A program made the position numbers and the translations under genes. Below are positions 8,155 through 17,409 of a stretch of 64,000 nucleotides of DNA, in pieces; position 1 is the first letter of the stretch, and every line of letters starts with the position of its first letter. The notes beneath the pieces are model-generated. The model worked only from the letters and a program-made list of their open reading frames with translations. It did not search any database and was not told the origin of the DNA. Source of the DNA: Candidatus Rokuibacteriota bacterium (lineage in GTDB: Bacteria > Methylomirabilota > Methylomirabilia > Rokubacteriales > DASRDR01); assembly GCA_044867785.1 (NCBI GenBank), contig JBIOVM010000195.1:10506-74505 (forward strand). The letters are read 5' to 3'.

Positions 8155-10335
8155 CTAGCGGGACGCGACATCGGCCGGGCGTCCGGTCGAGGCGATCGCG
8201 TCGGCGAGCTCCTGCATGTCGACCGGCTTCGTGAGGTGGCGGTCGAAGCCCGCCTCCATGGCCCGCTGCGCGTCGCTCTGCGCGCCATATCCCGTCAGGG
8301 CGATGAGTCCGATCTGACTTCCGAGCGTCGCTCGGAACCTGCGGGCTAGCTCGTACCCGTCCATGCCCGGCAGCCCGATGTCGAGCACGGCGACGGTCGG
8401 CCGCTCCTGCCTCACCAGATCGAGCGCCGCCGGGCCGTCGGCCGCCTCGAGGACACGGTGGCCGGCCAGCTCGAGGGCCATGCGCAAGCTCTCCCGGCCG
8501 TCATGGTTGTCCTCGACGATCAAGACCGTCTTCGACTCGCCGGCCGGGCTGGACTCGGCCGGACTCGACCCGTTCTCCGGCGCCCCGATGCCCGGGAAGC
8601 GCACGGTGAACGCGGCGCCCCGATCGCGCCCCTCGCTCTCCGCCTTCACCTCGCCGCCGTGCAGTCGGGCCAGTCGCTGCACCAGCGTCAGCCCGATCCC
8701 CAGGCCACCCGTCGAGCGGTCCACCGTCGAGTCGGCCTGGAAGAAGAGATCGAAAATTCGGGGCAGGTCCTTTCGGTCGATGCCTCGGCCGTCGTCGCTC
8801 ACGCTGAGGACGGCCTCACCGAGCTCCCGGGACACCCGAACGCGAACGTGGCCGCCGGGGGCCGTATACGTCGCGGCGTTCACGAGGAGGTTGCTCACGA
8901 GCTGCTGGATACGTGTCTGGTCGCCGTCGATCCACGCCGGCGCCAGATCGAGCTCCAGGTGTCGATCGGCGAGTCGCCCAGCGGCCTCGAGGGTGGCCGC
9001 CGCGTGGCGGACGCTGCCGGCGAGGTCGAGCGGTGCGCGGACGAGGACGATCTTGCCGGTCATGACGCGCCCGACGTCGAGCAGATCGTCGATGAGACGC
9101 GTCAAGTGCTGGCTCTGGCGGGCGATCACCCGAGTGGCGATCTCCAGATGCTCCTCGGTGCGTTCCTTGAGACCCATGACGGCGACCGCGTTCGAGATCG
9201 CGGCCAGAGGATTCCGCAGCTCGTGCCCGAGCATGGCGAGGAACTCGTCCTTGGCGCGGCTGCCCGCCTCCGCCGCCGTCCGCGCCTGGTGCTCGATCTC
9301 GAGCGAGCGGTCGCGCTCCTGCATCGCGGACTGGATGAGCACGCTGGCCTCCTCGAGCGCCACGAGAGCCCTGTCGATCTCCACCACGCCCGAGACGGGC
9401 ACGTCCGCGATGCGTCCCCCGGCCGCGACGTGGCGAGCCTGTCCCTCGAGCGACTCGAGCGAAGCCGTGATCCCGCGCGCCTTCGAGAAGGCGTACAGGA
9501 TGCCCAGGATCACGACCGCCACCCAGGCGAATCCGAGCGTGGCGAGGTAACCCCAGAAGGGCTGGTCGATCAGCCTCGCCGGCGTCGCGATTCCCACGCC
9601 CCAGCCGTGACGCGTGAACCCCCACGCCGTGTACACCGCGGTTCCGCTGAGGTTCGCGTATCGGCCAACGCCCTCTCGCCGCGCCTTCATGTCCCGGACC
9701 AGTTGCTCGGTGGGATTCCCCCCGCGGCGCTCGGTCCCCTCCGTGCTTCGCGCCACGAACTTGAAGTTGCGGTCGAACACTCCGGCGACGCCGCCCTCGG
9801 GAAGGCCTTGCCGCGCGAGGAGACGGTCGTACCAGGTCAGGTCGAGCGTAGCGACCAGGACCTGAGTCACGGTCCCGCCTCGCACGATGGGCACGCCGAC
9901 GGCCACGACCGGCCCGTCCGCACCGGCCGCCTGAACCACGACGTCGGAGATCACGGGCCCTCGCTGCGCGACCACCGGACGCAGGATCTCGGGTCCCGGA
10001 CCGGGCAGCTCCTCCGCCCAGGCGGCGGAGCTGGCGCGGAACACGCCGGTTCCGTCCGGCCGGAACGCGAGGATGTCTGTCCAGTCGTCGTTCGCCTCCA
10101 GGACGTCCTTGAGCTGCGCGTGCATTCCCTCTTGGTTCAGCGACGTCGACTCCCAGAGACGAGCCAAGATCGACAACCGCTCGGCCGTGCTGTCCAGCGC
10201 ATTGTCGACGGCGGCGGCGAGGAGCCGCACCAGCTGGAGCTGCGAGCGCGCGCGATCGCGCTCCTGCGCTTCCCAGTGGAGATACAGCAAGCCGCCGGCG
10301 AGCAGGCCGAGCGGGATAATGCTGATGAGCAGCAT
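8155..10335 (-). CDS. hybrid sensor histidine kinase/response regulator with periplasmic sensor domain
   Basis: N-terminal TM and extracytoplasmic region, HisKA (EFLAMLGHELRNPL), HATPase_c (GGLGIGLTLVQRLARLHGGE) and C-terminal REC domain (LIVEDNHD...DIGLPGMDG...LTKP). Confidence 0.85.
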   Translation of the reverse strand: MLLISIIPLGLLAGGLLYLHWEAQERDRARSQLQLVRLLAAAVDNALDSTAERLSILARLWESTSLNQEGMHAQLKDVLEANDDWTDILAFRPDGTGVFRASSAAWAEELPGPGPEILRPVVAQRGPVISDVVVQAAGADGPVVAVGVPIVRGGTVTQVLVATLDLTWYDRLLARQGLPEGGVAGVFDRNFKFVARSTEGTERRGGNPTEQLVRDMKARREGVGRYANLSGTAVYTAWGFTRHGWGVGIATPARLIDQPFWGYLATLGFAWVAVVILGILYAFSKARGITASLESLEGQARHVAAGGRIADVPVSGVVEIDRALVALEEASVLIQSAMQERDRSLEIEHQARTAAEAGSRAKDEFLAMLGHELRNPLAAISNAVAVMGLKERTEEHLEIATRVIARQSQHLTRLIDDLLDVGRVMTGKIVLVRAPLDLAGSVRHAAATLEAAGRLADRHLELDLAPAWIDGDQTRIQQLVSNLLVNAATYTAPGGHVRVRVSRELGEAVLSVSDDGRGIDRKDLPRIFDLFFQADSTVDRSTGGLGIGLTLVQRLARLHGGEVKAESEGRDRGAAFTVRFPGIGAPENGSSPAESSPAGESKTVLIVEDNHDGRESLRMALELAGHRVLEAADGPAALDLVRQERPTVAVLDIGLPGMDGYELARRFRATLGSQIGLIALTGYGAQSDAQRAMEAGFDRHLTKPVDMQELADAIASTGRPADVASR

Positions 10336-10492
10336 CTGGAAGAGATGCCAGCGGATACCCCGCCCGGTCAGCGTCTGGCGGATGGTGAGGTCCTGGCAGT
10401 CCGCCGGCGGGCGGCTAGATTACCCGCGGAGACATCCGGCCATCCGACGTCCCCCGAACGGGGCTCCGAAACCCCGCCAAGAAGTGGAGGAG

Positions 10493-10568
10493 TGGTGGAC
10501 GATGCAGGACTTGAACCTGCGACCCCCGGCATGTGAGGCCGGTGCTCTGCCAACTGAGCTAATCGTCC
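10493..10568 (-). tRNA. tRNA-Val (anticodon CAC)
   Basis: Cloverleaf readable on the minus strand: acceptor GGACGAT/ATCGTCC, D-arm GCTCAGTTGGCAGAGC, anticodon loop CTCACAT, T-arm GCAGGTTCAAGTCCTGC, and an encoded CCA. Confidence 0.85.
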
Positions 10569-10654
10569 GTGCCTGAAATCCTAGCTACTTACGCGACGCG
10601 CGTCAACCGCGCCGGGCCGCGGCGCGCGCGGGATGCCGAAGCGGCCTCGAGCCT

Positions 10655-11653
10655 TCAGTCGCCGCCATCCGCCGGCCAGAGGTCCGTGCTGAGGTACTTC
10701 AGCCCCGAGTCGGCGAGCACGACGGCGATGGTCCCACCGGCGTGCGCGTCGCGCAGGAGACGAAGCGCCGCGGCGACGACGGCGCCGGCCGAGAACCCCG
10801 CGAAGATCCCTTCCTCGCGCGCCAGGCGGCGCGCCACCCCGATGGCCTCCTCGTCGCGCATTTGAAGGTACCCGTCGACCGGCACGCCCCGGAGGAGCGG
10901 CAGGTCCCCCATGGAGTAGCCGCCGCCCTGCAGCCGATGGTTCGGGTCGACGACGTCGCGCCCCGCGAGGACCGCCGCTCCCTCGGGCTCGACCACGTAG
11001 CAGCGGATCGACGGCCGCCGCGCCTTGAGGGCCAGGGTGACGCCGGCGTACGTGCCGCCGGTACCCACGAACTCGCAGAACGCGTCGAGACGCCCGTCGG
11101 TCTGGGCCCAGAGCTCCGGGCCCGTGTGGCGCTCGTGCGCCAGGGCCGCCGCCCGCCGCACGAACTGGTCCGCGCGGAACGCGCCGCGCTCGGCCACGAG
11201 CGCCCGGGCTCGTGCCTCCACGAGCGCCAGATCCTCCCCGGTCACCTGGCCCGGCCGGGAGCCGCCCGCCTGCGGCACGAGCACGACCTCGGCGCCGAGC
11301 GCCCGCATCATCCGAGCCCGCTCGCGGCTGTTCCCCTCCGACATCACCGCCACGAACGGATGGCCGCGCACGGCGCACACGATCGCGAGGCCGGTCCCCG
11401 TGTTCCCGCTCGTGAGCTCCACGACCGGCTGGCCGGGGCGGAGCTCCCCGGCCGTCGTGGCCTCGTCGACGATCTCCCGCGCGATCCGGTCCTTCTTCGA
11501 GAGCCCGGGATTCAAGTAGTCGAGCTTCGCCACGATCCGACCCGGGAGCCCGCGGGTCAAACGGCCCAGCTCGACGACCGGAGTCCGCCCGATCGCCTCG
11601 ACGACCGAGGCGGCCACGTCGTCGAGACGCCCGACTGGCCGAGGCGCCGTCAC
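10655..11653 (-). CDS. cysteine synthase/CBS-family PLP-dependent enzyme
   Basis: PLP-lysine motif NPGLSKKDR and glycine-rich loops (SGNTG, GTGGT) of fold-type II PLP enzymes. Probable GTG start at 11653 overlaps the upstream gene's stop (GTGA). Confidence 0.7.
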   Translation of the reverse strand: MTAPRPVGRLDDVAASVVEAIGRTPVVELGRLTRGLPGRIVAKLDYLNPGLSKKDRIAREIVDEATTAGELRPGQPVVELTSGNTGTGLAIVCAVRGHPFVAVMSEGNSRERARMMRALGAEVVLVPQAGGSRPGQVTGEDLALVEARARALVAERGAFRADQFVRRAAALAHERHTGPELWAQTDGRLDAFCEFVGTGGTYAGVTLALKARRPSIRCYVVEPEGAAVLAGRDVVDPNHRLQGGGYSMGDLPLLRGVPVDGYLQMRDEEAIGVARRLAREEGIFAGFSAGAVVAAALRLLRDAHAGGTIAVVLADSGLKYLSTDLWPADGGD

Positions 11654-12129
11654 CGGCCATCCGGCGCGAGGGCGGGCCGAAGATACGGCTCGAGCCGGCG
11701 GTGGATGCCCATGACGTGCGTGCCGGACCAGTAGACGCGGTCGCATCCGCGGCACGTCCGGAACTCGCGTCGCGTCGCGAAGGTGTAGGCCGGCACCCGA
11801 TGCCGGATCGTCTCGGGGTCCACCGGGACCAGCTCACCGTTGCATTCGAGGCATCGCGAGAGCGCCCGGCCGGGATGGAGGCGGAGGGCCGCGGTCACCT
11901 CTCGGATCTGGGCGTCGAGCTGCTCGGCGCGCACCAGGAGACCCGCCTCGCGCGCGCGACGGGCCAGCGCCGCGTCCCGGGTGAGGAGCCGGCGCCGCTC
12001 GGCGAGGGCCACCGCGAGCAGCCGCCGGTCCGGCGCATCGCGGAAGTAGAGCGTGTCGTACCCGAGGGCGCGAAGCCAGCGGGCCAGGCGCCCGAGCATG
12101 ACGTCGGCGACGAGCCGCGAATCGTCCAT
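11650..12129 (-). CDS. Mut7-C RNase domain protein
   Basis: N-terminal DVMLGRLARWLRALGYDT and C-terminal CxxC...CxxC pattern typical of the Mut7-C (PF01927) family. Confidence 0.65.
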   Translation of the reverse strand: MDDSRLVADVMLGRLARWLRALGYDTLYFRDAPDRRLLAVALAERRRLLTRDAALARRAREAGLLVRAEQLDAQIREVTAALRLHPGRALSRCLECNGELVPVDPETIRHRVPAYTFATRREFRTCRGCDRVYWSGTHVMGIHRRLEPYLRPALAPDGR

Positions 12130-12205
12130 CGGTCCTCGGGAAGTCGGCGGCGAGCCGCGCGTCGTTGCGACTCCACCGCCCGCATTGTATCCTTCCCCGG
12201 GCTCG

Positions 12206-13240
12206 ATGCTCCTCCCCTTCGCCGAGCGGCTCTACAGGATCCTCTACGGCGGCGTCCTCTCCCGCCTGCCGGAGGCCATCGCGGTACGCCTCGGCCAGAC
12301 GCTGTTCCGCGCCTGCCCCGTGGCTCCGCTCCGGGCGCTCGCCGTGGACGACCCGAGACTGGCCGTGGACCTCGCGGGGGTCCGCCTCCCGGGCCCGCTC
12401 ATCCTCTCGTCGATGTACTTCGACGTCCGGATCCTGCGCCGCGCGATGGCGCTCGGGTTCGGCGCCGTGACGGCCAAGAGCATCACCACCGCGCCGCGGC
12501 CGGGGCATCCGGAGCCGAACCTCGTCCGCGTCACGACCGCGGCCGGGCCCGGACTGGTGAACTGCAACGGGTTCCACAATCCCGGCCTCGAGGCCTTCCG
12601 CGCCGCCCTCCCCCGGCTCCGCCACGAGCGTCCGCTCATCGTGAGCGTGGCGGGTGAGTCCCCGGAGGACTACCGGCGGCTCGTCGAGACGCTCGAGAGC
12701 CAGGCCGACCTGGTGGAGGTGAACATCTCGTCCCCGAACACGCGCCTGGTGTACGAGCTGTCCGGCTCGCCGGCCCGCGTCCAGGCGCTCCTGCGCCTGG
12801 TCCGCGAGGCGACACCGAAGCCGGTGATCGTGAAGCTCTCGCCCGACTACCCCGCGGAGAACCGCCGCGCGATCGTGCCGGCCGCGCTGGACGCCGGCAT
12901 CGACGCGCTCAACTTCGGCAACACGCGCCGGGTCGAGGAGCCGAGGCTCTCCCAGCACGCGGGCGGTCTGTCGGGGCCGGAGCTCTTTCCGACGGTCCTC
13001 GAGACGGTGCGAGAGCTCCGGCGGACCGTGGGCTCGCGGCTGGCCATCATCGCCACCGGAGGCGTCGACACGCCCGCGAAGGCCCTGGCCGCGCTCGAGG
13101 CCGGCGCGGACGCCGTCGGCTGCTTCACCGCGTTCGTCACCCGCGGCCCGTCCTTCCCGCGGCGGGTGAGCCTGGCGCTCCTCGAGGCTCTCGACCGCCG
13201 CGGCTTGCGGCGGCTCGCGGACCTCCGCGGGCCGGCCTGA
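12206..13240 (+). CDS. pyrD: dihydroorotate dehydrogenase (quinone-type, class 2-like)
   Basis: NISSPNT and GGLSGP...IIATGGV motifs and an N-terminal extension resembling class 2 PyrD. Confidence 0.75.
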   Translation: MLLPFAERLYRILYGGVLSRLPEAIAVRLGQTLFRACPVAPLRALAVDDPRLAVDLAGVRLPGPLILSSMYFDVRILRRAMALGFGAVTAKSITTAPRPGHPEPNLVRVTTAAGPGLVNCNGFHNPGLEAFRAALPRLRHERPLIVSVAGESPEDYRRLVETLESQADLVEVNISSPNTRLVYELSGSPARVQALLRLVREATPKPVIVKLSPDYPAENRRAIVPAALDAGIDALNFGNTRRVEEPRLSQHAGGLSGPELFPTVLETVRELRRTVGSRLAIIATGGVDTPAKALAALEAGADAVGCFTAFVTRGPSFPRRVSLALLEALDRRGLRRLADLRGPA

Positions 13241-13261
13241 CGCGGGACGAGCGCAGCCGCC

Positions 13262-13570
13262 TCACCGGGTGGACACCGGCGCCCGGTCGGGCGGAGAGCC
13301 CGGTGCGCGAGCGATCTCCGTCCGGCGGATCGTGATGTCCGCGTAGGGGGCGAGAGGCAACGAGGCGGCGAGCGCGTGCGCGTCGGCCTCGGACGACACG
13401 TCGACCAGAAGCGAGCCGCCGGGCACCGACACCGGCCGGCCGTACGCCAGGGCGACGCCCGTGTGGAGCCAGCCCAGGACCATCTCCCACTCCCGCACCG
13501 CCAGGTCGAAGAAGTCCGCGGGCGAGAGCCCGCTCGACGGCCGGAGGCGTCCTTCGATCAGGAACCGCAT
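13262..13570 (-). CDS. muconolactone isomerase-like small protein
   Basis: About 100 aa with MRFLIEGRL start and LPLAPYADITIRRTEI resembling muconolactone delta-isomerase (MLFHV..., LPLFPYMKIEVTPL). Confidence 0.45.
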   Translation of the reverse strand: MRFLIEGRLRPSSGLSPADFFDLAVREWEMVLGWLHTGVALAYGRPVSVPGGSLLVDVSSEADAHALAASLPLAPYADITIRRTEIARAPGSPPDRAPVSTR

Positions 13571-13618
13571 CGTCCTCTCCTCCAGTGATGGCCGGCCGCG
13601 GCCCGTGCGACCGCGCGC

Positions 13619-14326
13619 TCAGATGAGCCCGCGCTGGGCGAGGCTCACGTGCGCGCCGCGACCGATGATGACGTGGTCGTGGATGCGAAGTCCGAGGAGC
13701 CGCGCGCCCTCGACGAGCTGCCGCGTCAGGTGGACGTCTTCCTTCGACGGCGTGGGGTCGCCGGACGGATGGTTGTGGACGAGGATCAGGTGCGCCGTCG
13801 CTTCCAGGATCGCGGTCCGGAAGACCTCGCGCGGATGGACGATCGAGGCGGAGAGGCTGCCCTCGGAGACCTGAACGTCGCGGAGCAGGCCGTTCTGGCT
13901 GTCGAGCAGCGCGACGCGGAAGACCTCTTTCTTCTTGCCCTCCAGCGCGGGACCGAAGTAGCCGGCGACCTCCTCCGGGCTCGACAGGCGAACCCTCCCG
14001 CCGTTCGGCCGGGCGCGAAGGCGGCGCGACAGCTCGATCGCCGCGCCGAGCCTGACCGCCTTCGCGATGCCGAGGGCGCCCACCCACGCGAGCTCCTGGA
14101 CTTCCCGGTCGGCGAGGGCGGCGAGGCCACCGAAGGCGGCCAGCAACGCCTGGGCTTGCTCGAGCGCGGTCTGGCCGGGAGTCCCCGACCCCAGGAGAAG
14201 CGCGAGACACTCGGCGTCGCTTAGGGCCTCGGCGCCCTTCGTCAGGAACCGCTCGCGCGGGCGGTCCTCGGGCGGCCACTCGCGGATCGTCGGTCGCTGT
14301 CCGTCCACGTCGCATCGCAAGAGCAA
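13619..14326 (-). CDS. radC: RadC-family JAMM protein (UPF0758)
   Basis: ERPRERF...LSDAECLALLLGSG N-terminus and the JAMM motif HLILVHNHPSGDPTPSKEDV. Confidence 0.85.
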   Translation of the reverse strand: MLLRCDVDGQRPTIREWPPEDRPRERFLTKGAEALSDAECLALLLGSGTPGQTALEQAQALLAAFGGLAALADREVQELAWVGALGIAKAVRLGAAIELSRRLRARPNGGRVRLSSPEEVAGYFGPALEGKKKEVFRVALLDSQNGLLRDVQVSEGSLSASIVHPREVFRTAILEATAHLILVHNHPSGDPTPSKEDVHLTRQLVEGARLLGLRIHDHVIIGRGAHVSLAQRGLI

Positions 14327-14487
14327 CCGCGGTGCCAGGCGCGGCGACGCGGCTCGACGCGCGCCGAACGCCGATCAGATGGCGATTGGGCGACGTGCGG
14401 CTCGTCGACGCGGCCGCGAGCCGTATCGGCGGGTGGACGGGAGCGACTCTCCCACGTGACGGGCGCGGATTCGCGTCCGTCGGTGTC

Positions 14488-14970
14488 TCAGGCCGTGCTC
14501 AGCCAGTCCGGCGGCGCGCCCGCGATCTCGACGGTCCGGGGCTCGTCGCCCGCGCCCGCGATCCTGACGCGCACGGTCCGTGGCGGCAGCAGAGGCCCGG
14601 CTTTCTCGGCCCACTCGATCGCCGTGACGCCTTCCCCGTGAAGGAGCTCGTCGAGACCCAGCGCTCGGATCTCGGCCAGGCCTTCCGTCCGGTAGAGGTC
14701 GACGTGGTAGAGCGGAAGGCGCCCGGCGTGCTCGGCGATCATCACGAAGGTGGGGCTCGTCACCGGGGTCGCGACGCCGAGCCCGGACGCCAGGCCCTGG
14801 ATGAAGCAGGTCTTGCCTGCGCCCAGATCGCCGCTGAGCGCGATGACCGTGCCGGGCCCGGCGCGGCGCCCGATGCCCGCGGCGAGCGCCTGCGTCGCCT
14901 CGGCCGTGGGGCACGTGATCGCGACCGCGCCGCCGCCCGCCGCGGGCTCGACGGCGCGCCAGCCGCTCAC
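14488..14970 (-). CDS. tsaE: tRNA threonylcarbamoyladenosine biosynthesis protein TsaE
   Basis: Walker A SGDLGAGKT plus TSPTFVMIAEH and HVDLYR motifs. Confidence 0.8.
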   Translation of the reverse strand: MSGWRAVEPAAGGGAVAITCPTAEATQALAAGIGRRAGPGTVIALSGDLGAGKTCFIQGLASGLGVATPVTSPTFVMIAEHAGRLPLYHVDLYRTEGLAEIRALGLDELLHGEGVTAIEWAEKAGPLLPPRTVRVRIAGAGDEPRTVEIAGAPPDWLSTA

Positions 14971-16535
14971 GTCCGGCCGGCGTCGAGCACCCGGCGAAGC
15001 GCCTCCGGGACGGCGTCGGCCAGATCGCCGGCGACGAGCCCGACGGGGCCGCGCGCCTCTACCGCCACGTCGCCCGCCAGGCCGTGGAGGTAGACCGCGG
15101 TCCGAAGCGCCCGGCCGGGCGCCAGGCCCTGGGCGAGCAACCCGCCGGTCATCCCGGTGAGCACGTCGCCGGTGCCGCCGGTCGCCATCCCGGGATTGCC
15201 CGTGGGATTCAGGGCGACGTAGCCGTCGGGCTCGGCGACCACGGTCCGCGCCCCCTTCAGCGCCACGATGGCGCCACTCTCGGCGGCCAGGCGGCGGGCG
15301 CTCGCGATGCGGTCCGCCTGCACGTCCGTCACGCTGCAGCCGAGGAGGCGCGCCGCCTCACCCGGATGCGGCGTGAGGACCCGCGGGGCCGGAGCGTCGC
15401 GGCAGATCGCCGGACGGCCCGACAGCGCCGTCAGCCCGTCCGCGTCCACCACCATCGGCCGCCGGACGTCCCGCACGAGGACCCGGACCGCGGCCTGGGC
15501 CTCCGGGTCGAGCCCGACCCCGGGGCCGAGCGCCACGGCGTCCATGCGCGCCGCAAGCTCCATGACCCGCTCGACCGCCTTCGCCGAGAGCGTTCGCGCC
15601 TCGGTCTCCGGAAGCGGCTCCGTCATGGCCTCCGACACGAGGGCCGCCACCACGGGCTGCTGGGACGCGGGCACGGCGCACGTCACGAGCCCCGTTCCCG
15701 TGCGCAAGGCGCCGCGACAGGCGAGGGCCGCCGCGCCGGTCTTCCCGAGCGAGCCGGCCACCACGAGCAGGTGCCCGTAGGTGCCCTTGTGGGCGTCGAG
15801 CGGACGAAGCGGGAGCGCGTCCCGCGCGTCGGCGGCCTCGAGCAGGCCCGCGCGGATTCCCTCGGCGAGCCACCCGCGGGGGATCCCAAGGTCGACGATC
15901 TCCACATGGCCCGCGTGGGCCACACCCTCGGTCAGGTAGAGGCCGAGCTTCGGGAGCCCGAACGTCACGGTCATCCGCGCTCGGACGACCGGACCGGCCG
16001 CGGGCTCGCCGTCGGAAGGCATCCCCGACGGCAGGTCGAGCGCGCAGACCGGCGGGCCGGCCGCGTTGATCGCCTCGATCGCGGCCGCGACCGCACCGGT
16101 CGCTGGCCCTCGCATGCCGGTTCCGAGCAGCGCGTCGACGATGACGTCGGCTTCGCCGAGTTCCGCCCTCAGGCGCCCGAAGGCCTCGCCCGAGGCGGCC
16201 GGCGCCTCCGCCACCTTCTCGCCGGCTTGCCGGAGCGCGTCCAGGTTGACGCGCGCGTCTCCGTGGATCTCCGCGGATCGTCCCACCACCCAGACGGCGA
16301 TCCGCCCGCCGCGACCGAGCAGGTGGCGCGCGAGCACGAACCCGTCGCCGCCGTTGCTGCCCTTCCCGCACACCACGGCGACTCGACGGCCGCCGGCCGA
16401 GCCCAGCACGCGCTCGAGCGCGTCGGCGGCGCCGCGGCCGGCGTTCTCCATGAAGAGGAGGCTCGGCAGACCGAGGCGCTCCGTCGCGGCATGGTCGGCG
16501 CGGCGCATCTCCTCGGCGGTCGCCAGAGGAATCAC
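14967..16535 (-). CDS. nnr: bifunctional NAD(P)H-hydrate epimerase/dehydratase
   Basis: YjeF-N (GKGSNGGDGFVLARHL) and the C-terminal carbohydrate-kinase-like dehydratase domain (GTGDVLTG). Confidence 0.85.
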   Translation of the reverse strand: MIPLATAEEMRRADHAATERLGLPSLLFMENAGRGAADALERVLGSAGGRRVAVVCGKGSNGGDGFVLARHLLGRGGRIAVWVVGRSAEIHGDARVNLDALRQAGEKVAEAPAASGEAFGRLRAELGEADVIVDALLGTGMRGPATGAVAAAIEAINAAGPPVCALDLPSGMPSDGEPAAGPVVRARMTVTFGLPKLGLYLTEGVAHAGHVEIVDLGIPRGWLAEGIRAGLLEAADARDALPLRPLDAHKGTYGHLLVVAGSLGKTGAAALACRGALRTGTGLVTCAVPASQQPVVAALVSEAMTEPLPETEARTLSAKAVERVMELAARMDAVALGPGVGLDPEAQAAVRVLVRDVRRPMVVDADGLTALSGRPAICRDAPAPRVLTPHPGEAARLLGCSVTDVQADRIASARRLAAESGAIVALKGARTVVAEPDGYVALNPTGNPGMATGGTGDVLTGMTGGLLAQGLAPGRALRTAVYLHGLAGDVAVEARGPVGLVAGDLADAVPEALRRVLDAGRT

Positions 16536-16568
16536 GACGTCACCGGCGGTTCGGTCGCCCCGGGCGGG

Positions 16569-16955
16569 TCACGGCGCGCCGTCCTCGGCCAGGACCTGCG
16601 CCATCGCCAGCCCGGCGTCGTGGGTCAGGGAGACGTGGAGGCGCCGGATGCCTCGCGCGGCGCCGAGCGCGGCGGTCCGCCCGGACAAGGCCAGCGTGGG
16701 CCGCTGGCCGCGGGCGCGGCGCACCTCCATCTCGCGCCAGCGGACTCCCATGGAGAGCCCGGTGCCGAGCGCCTTCAGCGTCGCTTCCTTGGCGGCGAAC
16801 CGCGCGGCCAGGTGCTCGGCGGGATCGTGGCGGCGAAGCGCGTACTCGAGCTCGTCGTCCGTGAACACGCGCTTCAGGAACCGGTCCTGCCAGCGCTCCA
16901 TCAGGCGCCTGATCCGGGCGATCTCGACGACGTCGATGCCGATCCCGAGGACCAC
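16569..16955 (-). CDS. acpS: holo-[acyl-carrier-protein] synthase
   Basis: MVLGIGIDVVEI...FAAKEATLKALG pattern of the 4'-phosphopantetheinyl transferase AcpS. Confidence 0.8.
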   Translation of the reverse strand: MVLGIGIDVVEIARIRRLMERWQDRFLKRVFTDDELEYALRRHDPAEHLAARFAAKEATLKALGTGLSMGVRWREMEVRRARGQRPTLALSGRTAALGAARGIRRLHVSLTHDAGLAMAQVLAEDGAP

Positions 16956-16986
16956 GCCGTGACCGTCCTCACCCCGGCGAAGGGTC

Positions 16987-17409
16987 TCAGCCGATGCCCG
17001 CCCGGATGCGGTCGAGGACGGCGCGGACCGTCTCGGGCGACGCGGCGAGCGGCCGCCACTGCCCGCCGCGCAGCGCCTGGGCCTCGACGGTGACCGTGAC
17101 GCGGGTCACCTTCTCCGCGACCGCTTCCACGCGGACCACGACGCGCTCCGCGACCCGCTCGACTCCACGCTCGGCGGGAAGGGGCGCGCGCTCCATGCGC
17201 GCCGTCTCGATGACGCCCTCCGACGCACGGACCAGCGGGTAGACTCCCAGCGCGCGGACAGCCGCCTCCCACACCCGCGTGGACGGGAGATCCATCACGA
17301 GCAGCCGGGGATCGGCCCCGCCGGCCGTCATCGTCGCGCCCCCGAGGCACGAGGCCAGGGCGAGCGCCGCCCCGAGCGCGCGGGGCCGACGCGAGGCCGC
17401 CCCACTCAC
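16987..17409 (-). CDS. small lipoprotein, function unknown
   Basis: Signal/lipobox-like N-terminus (ALGAALALASCLGG). The GTG start at 17409 overlaps the upstream stop (GTGA). The longer ORF in the track is an Arg-rich upstream extension. Confidence 0.45.
   Translation of the reverse strand: MSGAASRRPRALGAALALASCLGGATMTAGGADPRLLVMDLPSTRVWEAAVRALGVYPLVRASEGVIETARMERAPLPAERGVERVAERVVVRVEAVAEKVTRVTVTVEAQALRGGQWRPLAASPETVRAVLDRIRAGIG

Noticed and set aside
7172-8158. 328-aa plus-strand ORF overlapping the hemerythrin gene
   Set aside because: Arg/Gly/Pro-rich alternate frame of the hemerythrin gene. The hemerythrin frame carries the HHE motifs and the RBS.
10073-10576. Two ORFs (plus 10073..10576 and minus 10368..10553) overlapping the tRNA-Val locus
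   Set aside because: They cover a clearly folded tRNA gene and the kinase N-terminus; no protein-like features.
10581-11837. 418-aa and 330-aa ORFs overlapping the CysK-family gene in other frames
   Set aside because: Low-complexity Arg/Gly/Pro composition, and the same DNA encodes a motif-bearing PLP enzyme in another frame.
15084-17093. 669-aa plus-strand ORF spanning the nnr-acpS region
   Set aside because: Arg/Gly-rich composition, and it is antisense to nnr and acpS, which have clear motifs. Artefact of GC-rich antisense frames.
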